From positions 4,680 through 68,679 of the forward strand of contig JAJYOP010000004.1 of NCBI GenBank assembly GCA_021796115.1: 64,000 nt of DNA, written 5' to 3'. This stretch comes from a bacterium (GTDB lineage: Bacteria > Omnitrophota > Gorgyraeia > Duberdicusellales > 4484-171). A program made the translations under genes and the position numbers. Each line of letters opens with the position of its first letter. Position 1 is the first letter of the stretch. Under the pieces are notes generated by a model, which saw nothing but the letters and a program-made list of their open reading frames with translations, did not search any database and had not been told where the DNA came from. Below, piece by piece: positions 1 through 8,459 of the stretch.

Positions 1-547
1 CTAATTGAAAACTGCGATGGCTATCATAAATTTTTTTATCTTTTCTCAAATCGCAATGATTGGCAATTGTTGCCGAAAGGCTTTCTAGAAATTTCTTACT
101 GCCGGAAGTAAAAACCGCGCGAGGGATAAAACTATTTTTCCTTTTTTCAAGATGAATAGTTCCATCGCCGTCAAAATAGCCCCGTATAAAGTTCTTCATT
201 AAATTGTAGGGTATATTTTTAGGGAATAACATCGTTGCTGATTTCTTTGGCGTAAGCCCTAAATTTATTAAATCTTTATACATGGTATGATCGCCTATTC
301 TGAGAAAATAACGGTACCGGCCATTTCTTGTGTTTGGCGGTAATTTTACAATTTTATGTTCGGAACCAAGCGTACTGCGTATCGCCTGAACAATCGCAAG
401 ATCACAACTTGTAACTCGTAAATATTTTCCTCTCAAATAAGTGGCGTCTTCAAGGCTTCCATTCGCAAACAAATAGCCTAAAACATATGCCCCATTTCTT
501 GACCAATTTTTAAAAAAATTACTATTAACTTTATATTTAACTCCCAT
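1..547 (-). CDS. Free-standing LAGLIDADG-type homing endonuclease-like protein; the 3' end runs off the window
   Basis: My own minus-strand translation from the ATG at 547-545 gives MGVKYKVNSNFFKNWSRNGAYVLGYLFANGSLEDATYLRGK...NFIRGYFDGDGTIHLEKRKNSF... and stays open to position 1. It has two LAGLIDADG-like blocks (LGYLFANGS and RGYFDGDGT). It is absent from the ORF track because there is no stop in the window. Confidence 0.7.
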   Translation of the reverse strand, partial: MGVKYKVNSNFFKNWSRNGAYVLGYLFANGSLEDATYLRGKYLRVTSCDLAIVQAIRSTLGSEHKIVKLPPNTRNGRYRYFLRIGDHTMYKDLINLGLTPKKSATMLFPKNIPYNLMKNFIRGYFDGDGTIHLEKRKNSFIPRAVFTSGSKKFLESLSATIANHCDLRKDKKIYDSHRSFQL

Positions 548-572
548 ACATATTTACACAGAAGTCAAATAC

Positions 573-782
573 TTACTTCTTCTCTTCCGTCTTTATGCAG
601 ATTTTTCCTTCGGCAATTTCTTTTAAGGCGGTATCTAAAACTTTGTCTGCCGGCTTGTCCACCAAAGGCTTATCGCCGTCGGCAAGCTGCAATGCCCGTT
701 TGGCGGCAAGAATCGTAAGTTTATATATCGAGCCGTTTCCTGCGCCGATTAATTTTTCGAGATGAATATGCTTTGCGACCAT
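573..782 (-). CDS. rpoZ: DNA-directed RNA polymerase subunit omega
   Basis: The 69-aa ORF contains the omega-like core SIYKLTILAAKRALQL. It sits next to gmk, as in many bacteria. Confidence 0.85.
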   Translation of the reverse strand: MVAKHIHLEKLIGAGNGSIYKLTILAAKRALQLADGDKPLVDKPADKVLDTALKEIAEGKICIKTEEKK

Positions 783-792
783 ATAACCTCCA

Positions 793-1371
793 TTAATTAT
801 TTAGGTTTTGCCGAACAATTTTCTCAAGAGCCGCTGAGGCTTTTTTTAAATCCTCATTGATTATAATCCCGTCGTAATGTTTTGCAAATTCCATTTCTTT
901 CGAAGAAAGCGCTACTCTCTTTTGTATCGTCTCATCATCCTCTATCCGGCCTTTTAGCCGCTTGCGTAAAGCAAGCTCGCTCGGAGCGGTTATAAAAAGA
1001 GCAATTATTCTATCAAGTTTGTATTTACTTTTCAAATACATTCCTCCTTTAACATCTATGCAAAGAATAAGGTTTTTGCCTTCGTTTTTTGCTTCTTCAT
1101 AAAAATATTTTGGCGTGCCGTAGTAATTATCGAACACTCTCTGGCTCTCAAGGAAAAAATTTTGCTTCTTGAGGGCCAAAAATTCTTTTTTGCTTATGAA
1201 AAAATAATCCCTTCCTTCTTTTTCGCCGGGCCGTTTTTTTCTTGTCGTAAAAGAGATTGCCCGCACAAATTTTTTCTGTATATTTTTTTTACGCAAAAGT
1301 ATATTGAGGAGAGTTGTTTTCCCTGCACCGGAGGGACCGGAAAGTATGAAGATTCTGGGATTACTCGACAT
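793..1371 (-). CDS. gmk: Guanylate kinase
   Basis: P-loop GPSGAGKTTL, followed by TTRKKRPGEKEGRDYFF, which is typical of Gmk. Confidence 0.9.
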   Translation of the reverse strand: MSSNPRIFILSGPSGAGKTTLLNILLRKKNIQKKFVRAISFTTRKKRPGEKEGRDYFFISKKEFLALKKQNFFLESQRVFDNYYGTPKYFYEEAKNEGKNLILCIDVKGGMYLKSKYKLDRIIALFITAPSELALRKRLKGRIEDDETIQKRVALSSKEMEFAKHYDGIIINEDLKKASAALEKIVRQNLNN

Positions 1372-2140
1372 TCTGCGCTTGCTCTCTTATCCTGTCTAAA
1401 TAATTCTTCGACTCAACAATCAGCGGTGCAATAGCTTTGTCTTTGGTTTTACTGCTTGATGTGTTTAATTCACGCAATATTTCCTGGGTTAGGAAGTCTA
1501 TCGAACGGCCTTTTGAGAGTAATTTTTTGGAATTTATTTTCTTTTCCAGGTCCGCCACGTAAAACGAGGCAAGTGCAACTTCTTCATTGATATCTTCTTT
1601 TCCGTTTTCGAGGCTGACTACCTTGGCATTACTTTCTTTTATGGTAGCGATGTGTTCTTTAATATATTTGAGGTTCTTGAGCATGTCCTGGCGGATAACT
1701 TTTCCTTGGTCCTCCTTAAATTCGAGCAGCTTTTTTATAGCTTCTTTTGCTGCAGCAAGGATAAGATTCTCCTCCATCCTCTTTTCGCTCCAGGAAACAA
1801 CCTGGGGCAGGTTTAAAAAATCGCTGATTTTAAGCTTCTGCTCGAGATTGTATTTCTTGGTTAACTTTTTGGCTTCGGAAATATACTTTGCAAGATTGAG
1901 CTCATCGATAAAAACTTCGCTTTCCATGTGCCCTTTTAAATATATATAAACTTCGATTTTGCCCCGGGTGATGGTTTTTTTAATGTCGTCCTTTATTTTC
2001 TCTTCAAGCAAGACATTGTGCGACGGGAAATCGTGCATGGCGATTTCGAGGTATTTAAAATTTGTGGAACGCAATGTTACTTGTATGGTTTGTTGCTTTT
2101 GTTTTTTGTAAACATTGGCATAGGCTGTCATTGATCTCAT
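1361..2140 (-). CDS. YicC-family stress-induced protein
   Basis: 259 aa, starting MRSMTAYA with a C-terminal DRIREQAQNVE-type tail. The yicC-gmk-rpoZ order is conserved. Confidence 0.8.
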   Translation of the reverse strand: MRSMTAYANVYKKQKQQTIQVTLRSTNFKYLEIAMHDFPSHNVLLEEKIKDDIKKTITRGKIEVYIYLKGHMESEVFIDELNLAKYISEAKKLTKKYNLEQKLKISDFLNLPQVVSWSEKRMEENLILAAAKEAIKKLLEFKEDQGKVIRQDMLKNLKYIKEHIATIKESNAKVVSLENGKEDINEEVALASFYVADLEKKINSKKLLSKGRSIDFLTQEILRELNTSSSKTKDKAIAPLIVESKNYLDRIREQAQNVE

Positions 2141-2200
2141 GCTTTTCTCCCTGTCTTCTTTTTGGCTAAGCTTGTGAAAATAATCACAAACTTTATCCTC

Positions 2201-2707
2201 TTATTTCCACGCTCGCTTTTTCGTGCCTTTAATTTCTCTTTCTTCCGAAGGGTAGAGTTCGTAGACTATTTCTTCTGGCTCAAACCAGAGTTTTATCTCC
2301 CTCTCTGCCTCAGCCGGATCACTTGAGGCATGAATAACATTTTCGTAAAGGCCGCTGGTTAAAATTCTGCCATAAGCTCCTCTGACGCTTACCGGGTCAG
2401 CTTCTTCGGGATTGGTTGCGCCGGCAATTTGCCTGACTTTACCGATTGCGTCTTTACCCCAGTAGATTAAAGCCATAACCCGGTTTTCTCCGTGAAGCTG
2501 GCCGGTTATGTACTTAATTAGTTCGGGGAAAAATGGTTTGTCTTTTAAATGGCTGTAGTGTTTGCTGGCGAGCTCTTCGCTCACCTTCAGAACTCTCGCC
2601 GCGATTATTTTCAGTTTGGTTTCCGAAAGCCGGCTCAAAATATTTCCGGTTAAAGATTTCTTCAGACCATCCGGCTTAATAATAACTAAAGTGGCCTCGT
2701 TTTTCAT
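2201..2707 (-). CDS. ndk: Nucleoside diphosphate kinase with a C-terminal extension
   Basis: Contains TLVIIKPDG and NVIHASSDPAEAEREI (NDK active-site His region). At 168 aa it is about 20-25 aa longer than typical. Confidence 0.9.
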   Translation of the reverse strand: MKNEATLVIIKPDGLKKSLTGNILSRLSETKLKIIAARVLKVSEELASKHYSHLKDKPFFPELIKYITGQLHGENRVMALIYWGKDAIGKVRQIAGATNPEEADPVSVRGAYGRILTSGLYENVIHASSDPAEAEREIKLWFEPEEIVYELYPSEEREIKGTKKRAWK

Positions 2708-2758
2708 GATACTGCTATCCTCCTTTGGATATAAAAATCTGGAAGTGTGTTTGGCTAG

Positions 2759-3592
2759 CTAGTTTGCTATCCGTTTTATTATTCTTTCCAAATCTTCTAA
2801 AGTGAAGTATTCTATCACAATTTTCCCGCGATTGTTTTTTTTATTAAATATCCTTACTTTTGTGCCTAAGGATTTCTGCAGCTTATCCTCCACCTCAAGC
2901 ACAAAAGGATCCGCGCTTTTTTTCTTCTTGGAAACGCGTTGAACCTTTCTTTCTATCTCCCGGACGCTTAAGCCGCCTTTGAGGATTTCGTGAAAAAGTT
3001 TCTGCTGGTCAGCTTCGTTTTCCAAAGCAAGTATTGTCCTTGCCTGGCTGCGGCTAATCAGCCCTTTTCTTAAAGCTTCCTGAATTTCTTTCGGCAGCTT
3101 AAACAACCGCAGCGAATTGACAATCGTAGTTTTGTCTTTAGCGACAAAGCGGGCAATATCGTCGTGGGTAAATTCGAATTCATCAATCAGCCGGCGAAAA
3201 GCTTCAGCCTCTTCTATGGCGTTTAAATCTTTTCTTTGCAGATTCTCCGTAATGGCAAAAATAAAGGTGTCTTTGTCGTCGAGGTCGCGGACAATTGTTG
3301 GTATCTCATTGAGCCCCAATGACTTAGCAGCATAAAACCTTCTGCCTCCGGCAACAATTTCGTAACTTTCTTCGCCGACTTTTCTGGCGATAATCGGCTG
3401 GATCATCCCCTTCTCTTTTATGGAACGGGACAGCTCCTCAAGTTCTGTTTCGCCCATTTCCTGGCGCGGTTGGTACCTACCCGGCCGTAGCTTATGGAGC
3501 GGTAAATAAATAAATTCTTTTGCTGCGCCTTGGGCTGGAATTTTTCTTGGTATCAATGCATCTAATCCTTTGCCTAAAACTTTTTTTTCCAT
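2759..3592 (-). CDS. parB: Chromosome partitioning protein ParB
   Basis: N-terminal KGLDALIP, plus EIVAGGRRFYAAK (ParB box) and an HTH region. Confidence 0.9.
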   Translation of the reverse strand: MEKKVLGKGLDALIPRKIPAQGAAKEFIYLPLHKLRPGRYQPRQEMGETELEELSRSIKEKGMIQPIIARKVGEESYEIVAGGRRFYAAKSLGLNEIPTIVRDLDDKDTFIFAITENLQRKDLNAIEEAEAFRRLIDEFEFTHDDIARFVAKDKTTIVNSLRLFKLPKEIQEALRKGLISRSQARTILALENEADQQKLFHEILKGGLSVREIERKVQRVSKKKKSADPFVLEVEDKLQKSLGTKVRIFNKKNNRGKIVIEYFTLEDLERIIKRIAN

Positions 3593-3594
3593 TT

Positions 3595-4431
3595 TTAATT
3601 TCCTCCAATTAAATTATTTGTCGAGGCTTGAGACTCTGTTTCGCTTGAAAGCCTAAACGGCATATTGATGATTACTTTCTCTTTCAAAATTTCCTCGGCT
3701 AAATTAAGATAGGCTTTGGCGCCGACGCAAAACGGATCATAAAAATGTATCGGCTTGCCGAAACTTGGAGCTTCGGCAAGTTTTATGTTGCGCGGAATAA
3801 TCGTGTTAAAGGTCCTCTCTTTGAAAAACTTCCGGACCTCCTCGATTACCTGCAAAGTAAGCCGGGTACGAAAATCTGCCATGGTCAACAAAACGCCTTC
3901 GATATCGAGATACGGATTTAACCTGTCTCGGATAAGTTCGATGGTATGCAATAATTTCGAAATACCTTCCAGAGCATAATACTCACATTGGACAGGAACC
4001 GCTACGCTATCAGCGGCGACTAAGACATTTACGGTAAGCAACCCTAGTGATGGCGGCGCGTCGATAATGACATAGGAAAATGCGTCTTTTACCTTTTTTA
4101 ATTCGTCGCGCAAGCGCAGCTCTCGATTTTCGATATTAACTAATTCTATTTCGCCCCCGGTAAGCGCGATATGGGAAGGAATGATTGAGATATTCGCCCA
4201 TTGGGTTGGATAGATTGCTTCTTCAACACCAATACCGGCAGAAATGATATCATAAACCGAATGTTTGTTCTCGGGGTTAAAGCCTAAACCGGATGTGGCA
4301 TTGCCCTGGGGGTCCATATCAACCAGCAGCACCTTTTTACCAGCAAGGCCTAAATAAGAGGTTAAATTGATGGCGGTTGTGGTTTTGCCAGTTCCGCCTT
4401 TTTGATTACAAATACCGATTATTTTACTCAT
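3595..4431 (-). CDS. parA: Chromosome partitioning ATPase ParA/Soj
   Basis: Deviant Walker A NQKGGTGKTTTAINL; adjacent to parB. Confidence 0.9.
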   Translation of the reverse strand: MSKIIGICNQKGGTGKTTTAINLTSYLGLAGKKVLLVDMDPQGNATSGLGFNPENKHSVYDIISAGIGVEEAIYPTQWANISIIPSHIALTGGEIELVNIENRELRLRDELKKVKDAFSYVIIDAPPSLGLLTVNVLVAADSVAVPVQCEYYALEGISKLLHTIELIRDRLNPYLDIEGVLLTMADFRTRLTLQVIEEVRKFFKERTFNTIIPRNIKLAEAPSFGKPIHFYDPFCVGAKAYLNLAEEILKEKVIINMPFRLSSETESQASTNNLIGGN

Positions 4432-4451
4432 GCTTGATTTCAGCTGGTATT

Positions 4452-4467
4452 ATTTTCACGTGAAAAC
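4452..4467. promoter_or_regulatory. parS-like palindrome 1
   Basis: ATTTTCACGTGAAAAC. The core TTTCACGTGAAA matches the established parS consensus tGTTNCACGTGAAACa. Confidence 0.65.
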
Positions 4468-4544
4468 GGTTAGATTGAGTACAATTAATTTTGATTGATA
4501 TTTATAGAAATTTGTAGAAATTGATAGAAATTTATTGTTTTGTA

Positions 4545-4560
4545 ATTTTCACGTGAAATT
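4545..4560. promoter_or_regulatory. parS-like palindrome 2
   Basis: ATTTTCACGTGAAATT. Confidence 0.6.
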
Positions 4561-4628
4561 TTGCTATTAATATTAAACATATACCACAAAAGTGTAGTTG
4601 TCAAGAGCTTTTTAACTGGAATCGCCTC

Positions 4629-4737
4629 ATTTTTTTATTTTTCAGGGACGAACGTCACGGATGATTGCAGATTTATACGGATAATTATAAGATTTATCCG
4701 TTTACATCCGCAACCATCCGTTTGAATCCGTGCCTGA
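4629..4737. repeat. Word-hairpin repeat, family F (CGGAT/ATCCG words), copy 1
   Basis: catttttttatttttcagggacgaacgtcacggatgattgcagatttatacggataattataagatttatccgtttacatccgc. A near-identical copy lies at 39157-39247. Confidence 0.7.
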
Positions 4738-4754
4738 AATGTTTATGAGTTTTT

Positions 4755-4770
4755 ATTTTCACGTGAAAAC
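4755..4770. promoter_or_regulatory. parS-like palindrome 3
   Basis: ATTTTCACGTGAAAAC. Confidence 0.65.
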
Positions 4771-4819
4771 TTTAAAGGGTTAAAAGGCCTGTCTTGAAAA
4801 CTCAATATTTACGCGGGTT

Positions 4820-6244
4820 TTATGAGTTTTCACGTGAAAACTGAGCGCGGGTGATCCTTAACTGATAGGCAAAGGTAAGCATGTTTTGCATAAGCCAGTA
4901 AAGAGAAAGCCCAGCAGGGAAATTATAGAAAATAATCCCCATAAATCCAATCATAAAAAACCCCATTCTTTTTTGATCCGGAGAGCTACCTGCAGGGTTA
5001 GCATATTTTTGCTGGAGAAAACCCACCAGCACAATGAGCAGTGGTAAAACATTAAGATAGTTCACTGGCGGCGGTAAGGGCAGTTTAAAGGCGTGATCCG
5101 GTATGGATAAATCTTTAATCCACAAAAAATGAGCATTCTTTAACTCAACAAATTTTAATAATACCTGATATAGTGCAATAATGACTGGGAATTGGAAGAG
5201 CAAAGGTAAACATCCGCCAATCGGGTTAACTTTGTGCTTTTTGTACAGCTCCAGCATTTCTTTATTGAGTTTTTGCGGGTCATTCTGGTATTGTTTTCTC
5301 AAAGCATCCATTTGCGGTTGGAGCTCCTGCATTCTCCGCATGGCTTTTGTGCTCTTCATGGTGAAGGGGAAGAGAATAATATAGACAATTACCGCTAAAA
5401 TAATAATACTTACGCCCCAGTTATGACTGAGGGAATGGAAGAAATAGAGGAGTTTAGCCAAGCCCACGCCAATACTATGGAAAAAACCATAATTTATCAC
5501 GCCTTCCAAGCCTACGGTTTTTAGATTAGCCTCTAAGCACGGGCCAACATATAAAGAAATTTCGGAAACCGGGGGAGGGGCGAGCAAGAAAACCTGGTCG
5601 GAAATCTTTTGCCACTCTACATTATAAGAACCTTTAATCAGCGAAAGGCAAAAATAGTTATTCCGGGTACCGGCAAAATCAACGTGATTTACTGTTTGTT
5701 CCTTAATTTTTTGCGGAACCAGGTGTTGGAAATGGTTATCTTTATAATAAAAAATTTCCTGGGCATTATATCGTTCTAATTTCTTGGGGTTCAAAGTGTT
5801 AGAAAAAATAGTTACATTTGAAGTCGGCGCAGGAAAAAATTTCATCGTCAGTATATTCTTCTTAAAAATAAACTCTTTTTGCTTGCCGGCGCCTGAAAAT
5901 ACAATCCTGTCTTGTTTAACTTCCGTTTTAAACTCTAAATCTTTATCTGCCTGGGAAAAGCCTATATTTTCAGAGAAAAGTTGCGTTTGGTAATCTTTTA
6001 GATAGATAGTTTTTATATAACCGCCTCTGTTGGAATAAGTTATGACAAAATTACCTAGAGTAGCGCTGGAAAGCTCTTCAGGGGTATTGAATGGTATTTC
6101 TTCTTTCTGGGGGGCTTTTTTTTGTTCGGCTACCGTGGGCGGGACAGTTACTGGCTGTTTTGGGGCATATTTTGAGACAAAATACATGTAACCCATTGTG
6201 AATAAAAAGGTTATGAGAAGAGTTTGTATCAATCTTTTTTCCAT
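4820..6244 (-). CDS. yidC: Membrane protein insertase YidC
   Basis: 474 aa. The C-terminal 60-kDa-IMP core is present (GCLPLLFQFPVIIALY, PAGLSLYWLMQN). Confidence 0.9.
   Translation of the reverse strand: MEKRLIQTLLITFLFTMGYMYFVSKYAPKQPVTVPPTVAEQKKAPQKEEIPFNTPEELSSATLGNFVITYSNRGGYIKTIYLKDYQTQLFSENIGFSQADKDLEFKTEVKQDRIVFSGAGKQKEFIFKKNILTMKFFPAPTSNVTIFSNTLNPKKLERYNAQEIFYYKDNHFQHLVPQKIKEQTVNHVDFAGTRNNYFCLSLIKGSYNVEWQKISDQVFLLAPPPVSEISLYVGPCLEANLKTVGLEGVINYGFFHSIGVGLAKLLYFFHSLSHNWGVSIIILAVIVYIILFPFTMKSTKAMRRMQELQPQMDALRKQYQNDPQKLNKEMLELYKKHKVNPIGGCLPLLFQFPVIIALYQVLLKFVELKNAHFLWIKDLSIPDHAFKLPLPPPVNYLNVLPLLIVLVGFLQQKYANPAGSSPDQKRMGFFMIGFMGIIFYNFPAGLSLYWLMQNMLTFAYQLRITRAQFSRENS
4826..4841. promoter_or_regulatory. 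parS-like palindrome 4, overlapping the last codons of yidC
   Basis: GTTTTCACGTGAAAAC. It encodes the FSRENS tail of the yidC ORF. Confidence 0.6.
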
Positions 6245-6284
6245 TTAGATTTTGGCCTCCGCGTTGTTTTTATTTTGAGGTTTT

Positions 6285-6491
6285 TTATTTAACCGGATCG
6301 TATCCACCTTTTGCAAAAGGATGGCACTTTAATATGCGCTTGCATGCCAAGCCAAGGGCCTTGAAAAAGGGGTATTGCGCAAATGCATCCTTAGCATAAC
6401 AGGAACAGGTAGGAACATAAATGCATTGGGAAGGGAAGAGGTGCGCAACTTTCTGGTAAAGAGAAATTAAAAAAATAGCGGCCTTATTCAT
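6285..6491 (-). CDS. yidD: Membrane protein insertion efficiency factor YidD
   Basis: 68 aa with the YidD signature CIYVPTCSCYAKDA...HPFAKGGYDPV. Confidence 0.85.
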   Translation of the reverse strand: MNKAAIFLISLYQKVAHLFPSQCIYVPTCSCYAKDAFAQYPFFKALGLACKRILKCHPFAKGGYDPVK

Positions 6492-6496
6492 ACCGT

Positions 6497-6634
6497 TTAC
6501 ACAGTTAGCCGCTTTCTTCCTTTCTGTCTTCTTCGGTGAAGAACTTTCCTGCCGCTTTTTGTGGTCATTCTAGCGTGGAATCCATGCCTTCTTTTGCCTT
6601 TTATTTTGGTCGGCGTTTTAAGATGTTTTTTCAT
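6497..6634 (-). CDS. rpmH: 50S ribosomal protein L34
   Basis: My own translation gives [45 protein letters not shown] (45 aa). It is below the ORF-track size cut-off. Confidence 0.85.
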   Translation of the reverse strand: MKKHLKTPTKIKGKRRHGFHARMTTKSGRKVLHRRRQKGRKRLTV

Positions 6635-6675
6635 AGGCAAAATTGTAACATAACCTCGGGGAGTGTCAACTACTT

Positions 6676-6703
6676 TTGACAGAAATTAGCATGGCAATAT
6701 AAA
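6676..6703 (+). promoter_or_regulatory. Sigma70-like promoter facing dnaA
   Basis: TTGACA (6676-6681), 16-nt spacer, TATAAA (6698-6703). This would give dnaA a roughly 330-nt leader containing the family B hairpin. Confidence 0.4.
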
Positions 6704-6710
6704 TGCACTG

Positions 6711-6898
6711 GGGAAATAAACAATTTCCAAGATACAATGACCAAACAATATCCAATAAGCAATCCTTCGGCTACGCTCAGGATTGTCCTGAGCGAGTGAA
6801 ACGAGTCGAAGGGCAAATTCCAATATTCAAACAAAACCAACATTTTGTTTGGTTATTGGATATTGGAACTTGGTTGTATCTTGGTTATTGGTTATTTT
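6711..6898. repeat. Word-hairpin repeat, family B (CCAAT/ATTGG arms around the ctcagg-N5-cctgag core), copy 1
   Basis: The core at 6764-6813 is ccttcggctacgctcaggattgtcctgagcgagtgaaacgagtcgaaggg. It is flanked by complementary ccaa/ttgg-rich arms. Copies lie at 20625-20930 and 27892-28243. Confidence 0.8.
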
Positions 6899-6990
6899 TA
6901 TGAAGCCACAGCGTTTACGGTTACAATAAAATTGTTGCATTGCAAATTTATTGGGGTATAATTTAACCAACTTTCTTTCCAATTAACTGT

Positions 6991-7019
6991 TGTGAATAAC
7001 TTGTGAATCTTGTGAATTA
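6991..7019. promoter_or_regulatory. Three DnaA-box-like 9-mers directly upstream of dnaA
   Basis: TGTGAATAA (6991), TGTGAATCT (7002) and TGTGAATTA (7011). These are the reverse complement of TTATTCACA-type boxes, one or two mismatches from TTATCCACA. Confidence 0.5.
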
Positions 7020-7032
7020 AGTTTTCATTCTT

Positions 7033-8364
7033 ATGGAAAAAGTCTGGCAAGCCTGCAGAGAAAGCTTGAAAATACTCTTAGGGGAAACTTCCTTTGACAC
7101 TTGGATTAACCCTTTAAAATATAAGAAAATTGAAGGGCTATGCCTTACTCTGGAAGCGCCTGACGGCTTCTTCAAAAATTGGGTGGAAACCACCTATTTA
7201 CCCCAGATAAAACAAGCATTAAAAGAGGTGACCCAGAAGGATTTCGAGGTAAATTTTGAAGTCAACCCGAGCCTTTTAAAAAAGGGCACAAACAAAGTTT
7301 TTAAAACTATTGGCGCAACTTTCCAGGAAGAGCCCCAGGATTCAATCAGACTAAATCCGCGTTTTACTTTTGATAATTTTATTGTCGGCGCCTCAAACCG
7401 CATGGCGCATGCTGCTTCGCTTGCTGTCTCAAGTGCGCCGGGCAAATCATACAACCCGCTTTTTATCTATGGGGGCGTTGGCCTTGGCAAAACCCACCTC
7501 ATGCAGGCAATCGCCAACCAAATACTCTCTAAAGCTACCGCAGCAAAAATTAAGTATACTTCTTCGGAAAAATTCACCAATGAACTTATACTGGCGATAC
7601 AAAACCGGTCTACGGAAAAGTTCCGCCAGAAATACCGGAATATCGATGTCCTTTTGATAGATGATATCCATTTTCTTGCCGGCAAGGAAGCTGCGCAGGA
7701 GGAGTTCTTCCACACCTTCAATGTTTTATACGATTACCACAAGCAAATTATTGTTTCTTCTGACCGGCCGCCCAAAGAAATTCCAAAACTAGAGGAGAGG
7801 CTGGTCTCGCGTTTTAGCTGGGGCCTGGTTGTCGACATTCAGCTGCCGGACTTCGAAACCCGCGTCGCAATATTGCGGAAAAAACTTGAAAAAGACCCGA
7901 TTAAAATAGACGAGGACGTTATCACATTTATCGCCAAAAACATAACCACAAATATCCGTGAACTGGAGGGCGCGCTTATCCGGATAATCGCTTATTCTTT
8001 AATAGAAAATAAGCCCGTCAGCCTTGAGCTGGCAAAAGAAATTTTAAAAGATATGGTAAAAGAAATTTACAAAAGAGTAACGCCGGAAGTTATCCTTGAC
8101 CGGGTAAGTAATTATTTTAATCTCGCCAAAGAAGAGCTTAAAAAGGGGAAAAGAAGTAAAAATTTAGTTATGCCCCGGCAGATAGTTATGTATCTTTCCA
8201 GAGAATTGACTGATTTGTCTTTGCCGGAAATTGGCGCAGCCCTTGGAGCAAAACACCACACAACCGTTCTTTATGCCCACAAGAAGGTAAAAGAGGACTT
8301 GAAGGTCAACGAAAAGTTGAGGTTGGCTGTTGACAACATTAAACAAGAAATTAAGAGTTTGTAA
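7033..8364 (+). CDS. dnaA: Chromosomal replication initiator DnaA
   Basis: AAA+ motifs GGVGLGKTHL and LLIDDIHF. The C-terminal DNA-binding region is PRQIVMYLSREL...HTTVLYA. Confidence 0.95.
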   Translation: MEKVWQACRESLKILLGETSFDTWINPLKYKKIEGLCLTLEAPDGFFKNWVETTYLPQIKQALKEVTQKDFEVNFEVNPSLLKKGTNKVFKTIGATFQEEPQDSIRLNPRFTFDNFIVGASNRMAHAASLAVSSAPGKSYNPLFIYGGVGLGKTHLMQAIANQILSKATAAKIKYTSSEKFTNELILAIQNRSTEKFRQKYRNIDVLLIDDIHFLAGKEAAQEEFFHTFNVLYDYHKQIIVSSDRPPKEIPKLEERLVSRFSWGLVVDIQLPDFETRVAILRKKLEKDPIKIDEDVITFIAKNITTNIRELEGALIRIIAYSLIENKPVSLELAKEILKDMVKEIYKRVTPEVILDRVSNYFNLAKEELKKGKRSKNLVMPRQIVMYLSRELTDLSLPEIGAALGAKHHTTVLYAHKKVKEDLKVNEKLRLAVDNIKQEIKSL

Positions 8365-8373
8365 AATATTTTT

Positions 8374-8382
8374 TGTGAATAA
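8374..8382. promoter_or_regulatory. DnaA-box-like 9-mer in the dnaA-dnaN spacer
   Basis: TGTGAATAA, identical to the box at 6991. Confidence 0.4.
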
Positions 8383-8459
8383 AAAACTGGTTTTCTTTTT
8401 TGTTTCTGATACAATTACACTTCTTAACAAACTAGACAGGACATACTATTACAACTACT

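Noticed and set aside
6703-6903. ORFs of 66-103 aa inside the family B/C repeats (6703-6903, 20617-20928, 28038-28244), containing FGYAQDCPERVKRVEGQ.
   Set aside because: They are translations of the hairpin core and arms. The reading frames are not conserved outside the repeat. They have no start-codon context or SD.
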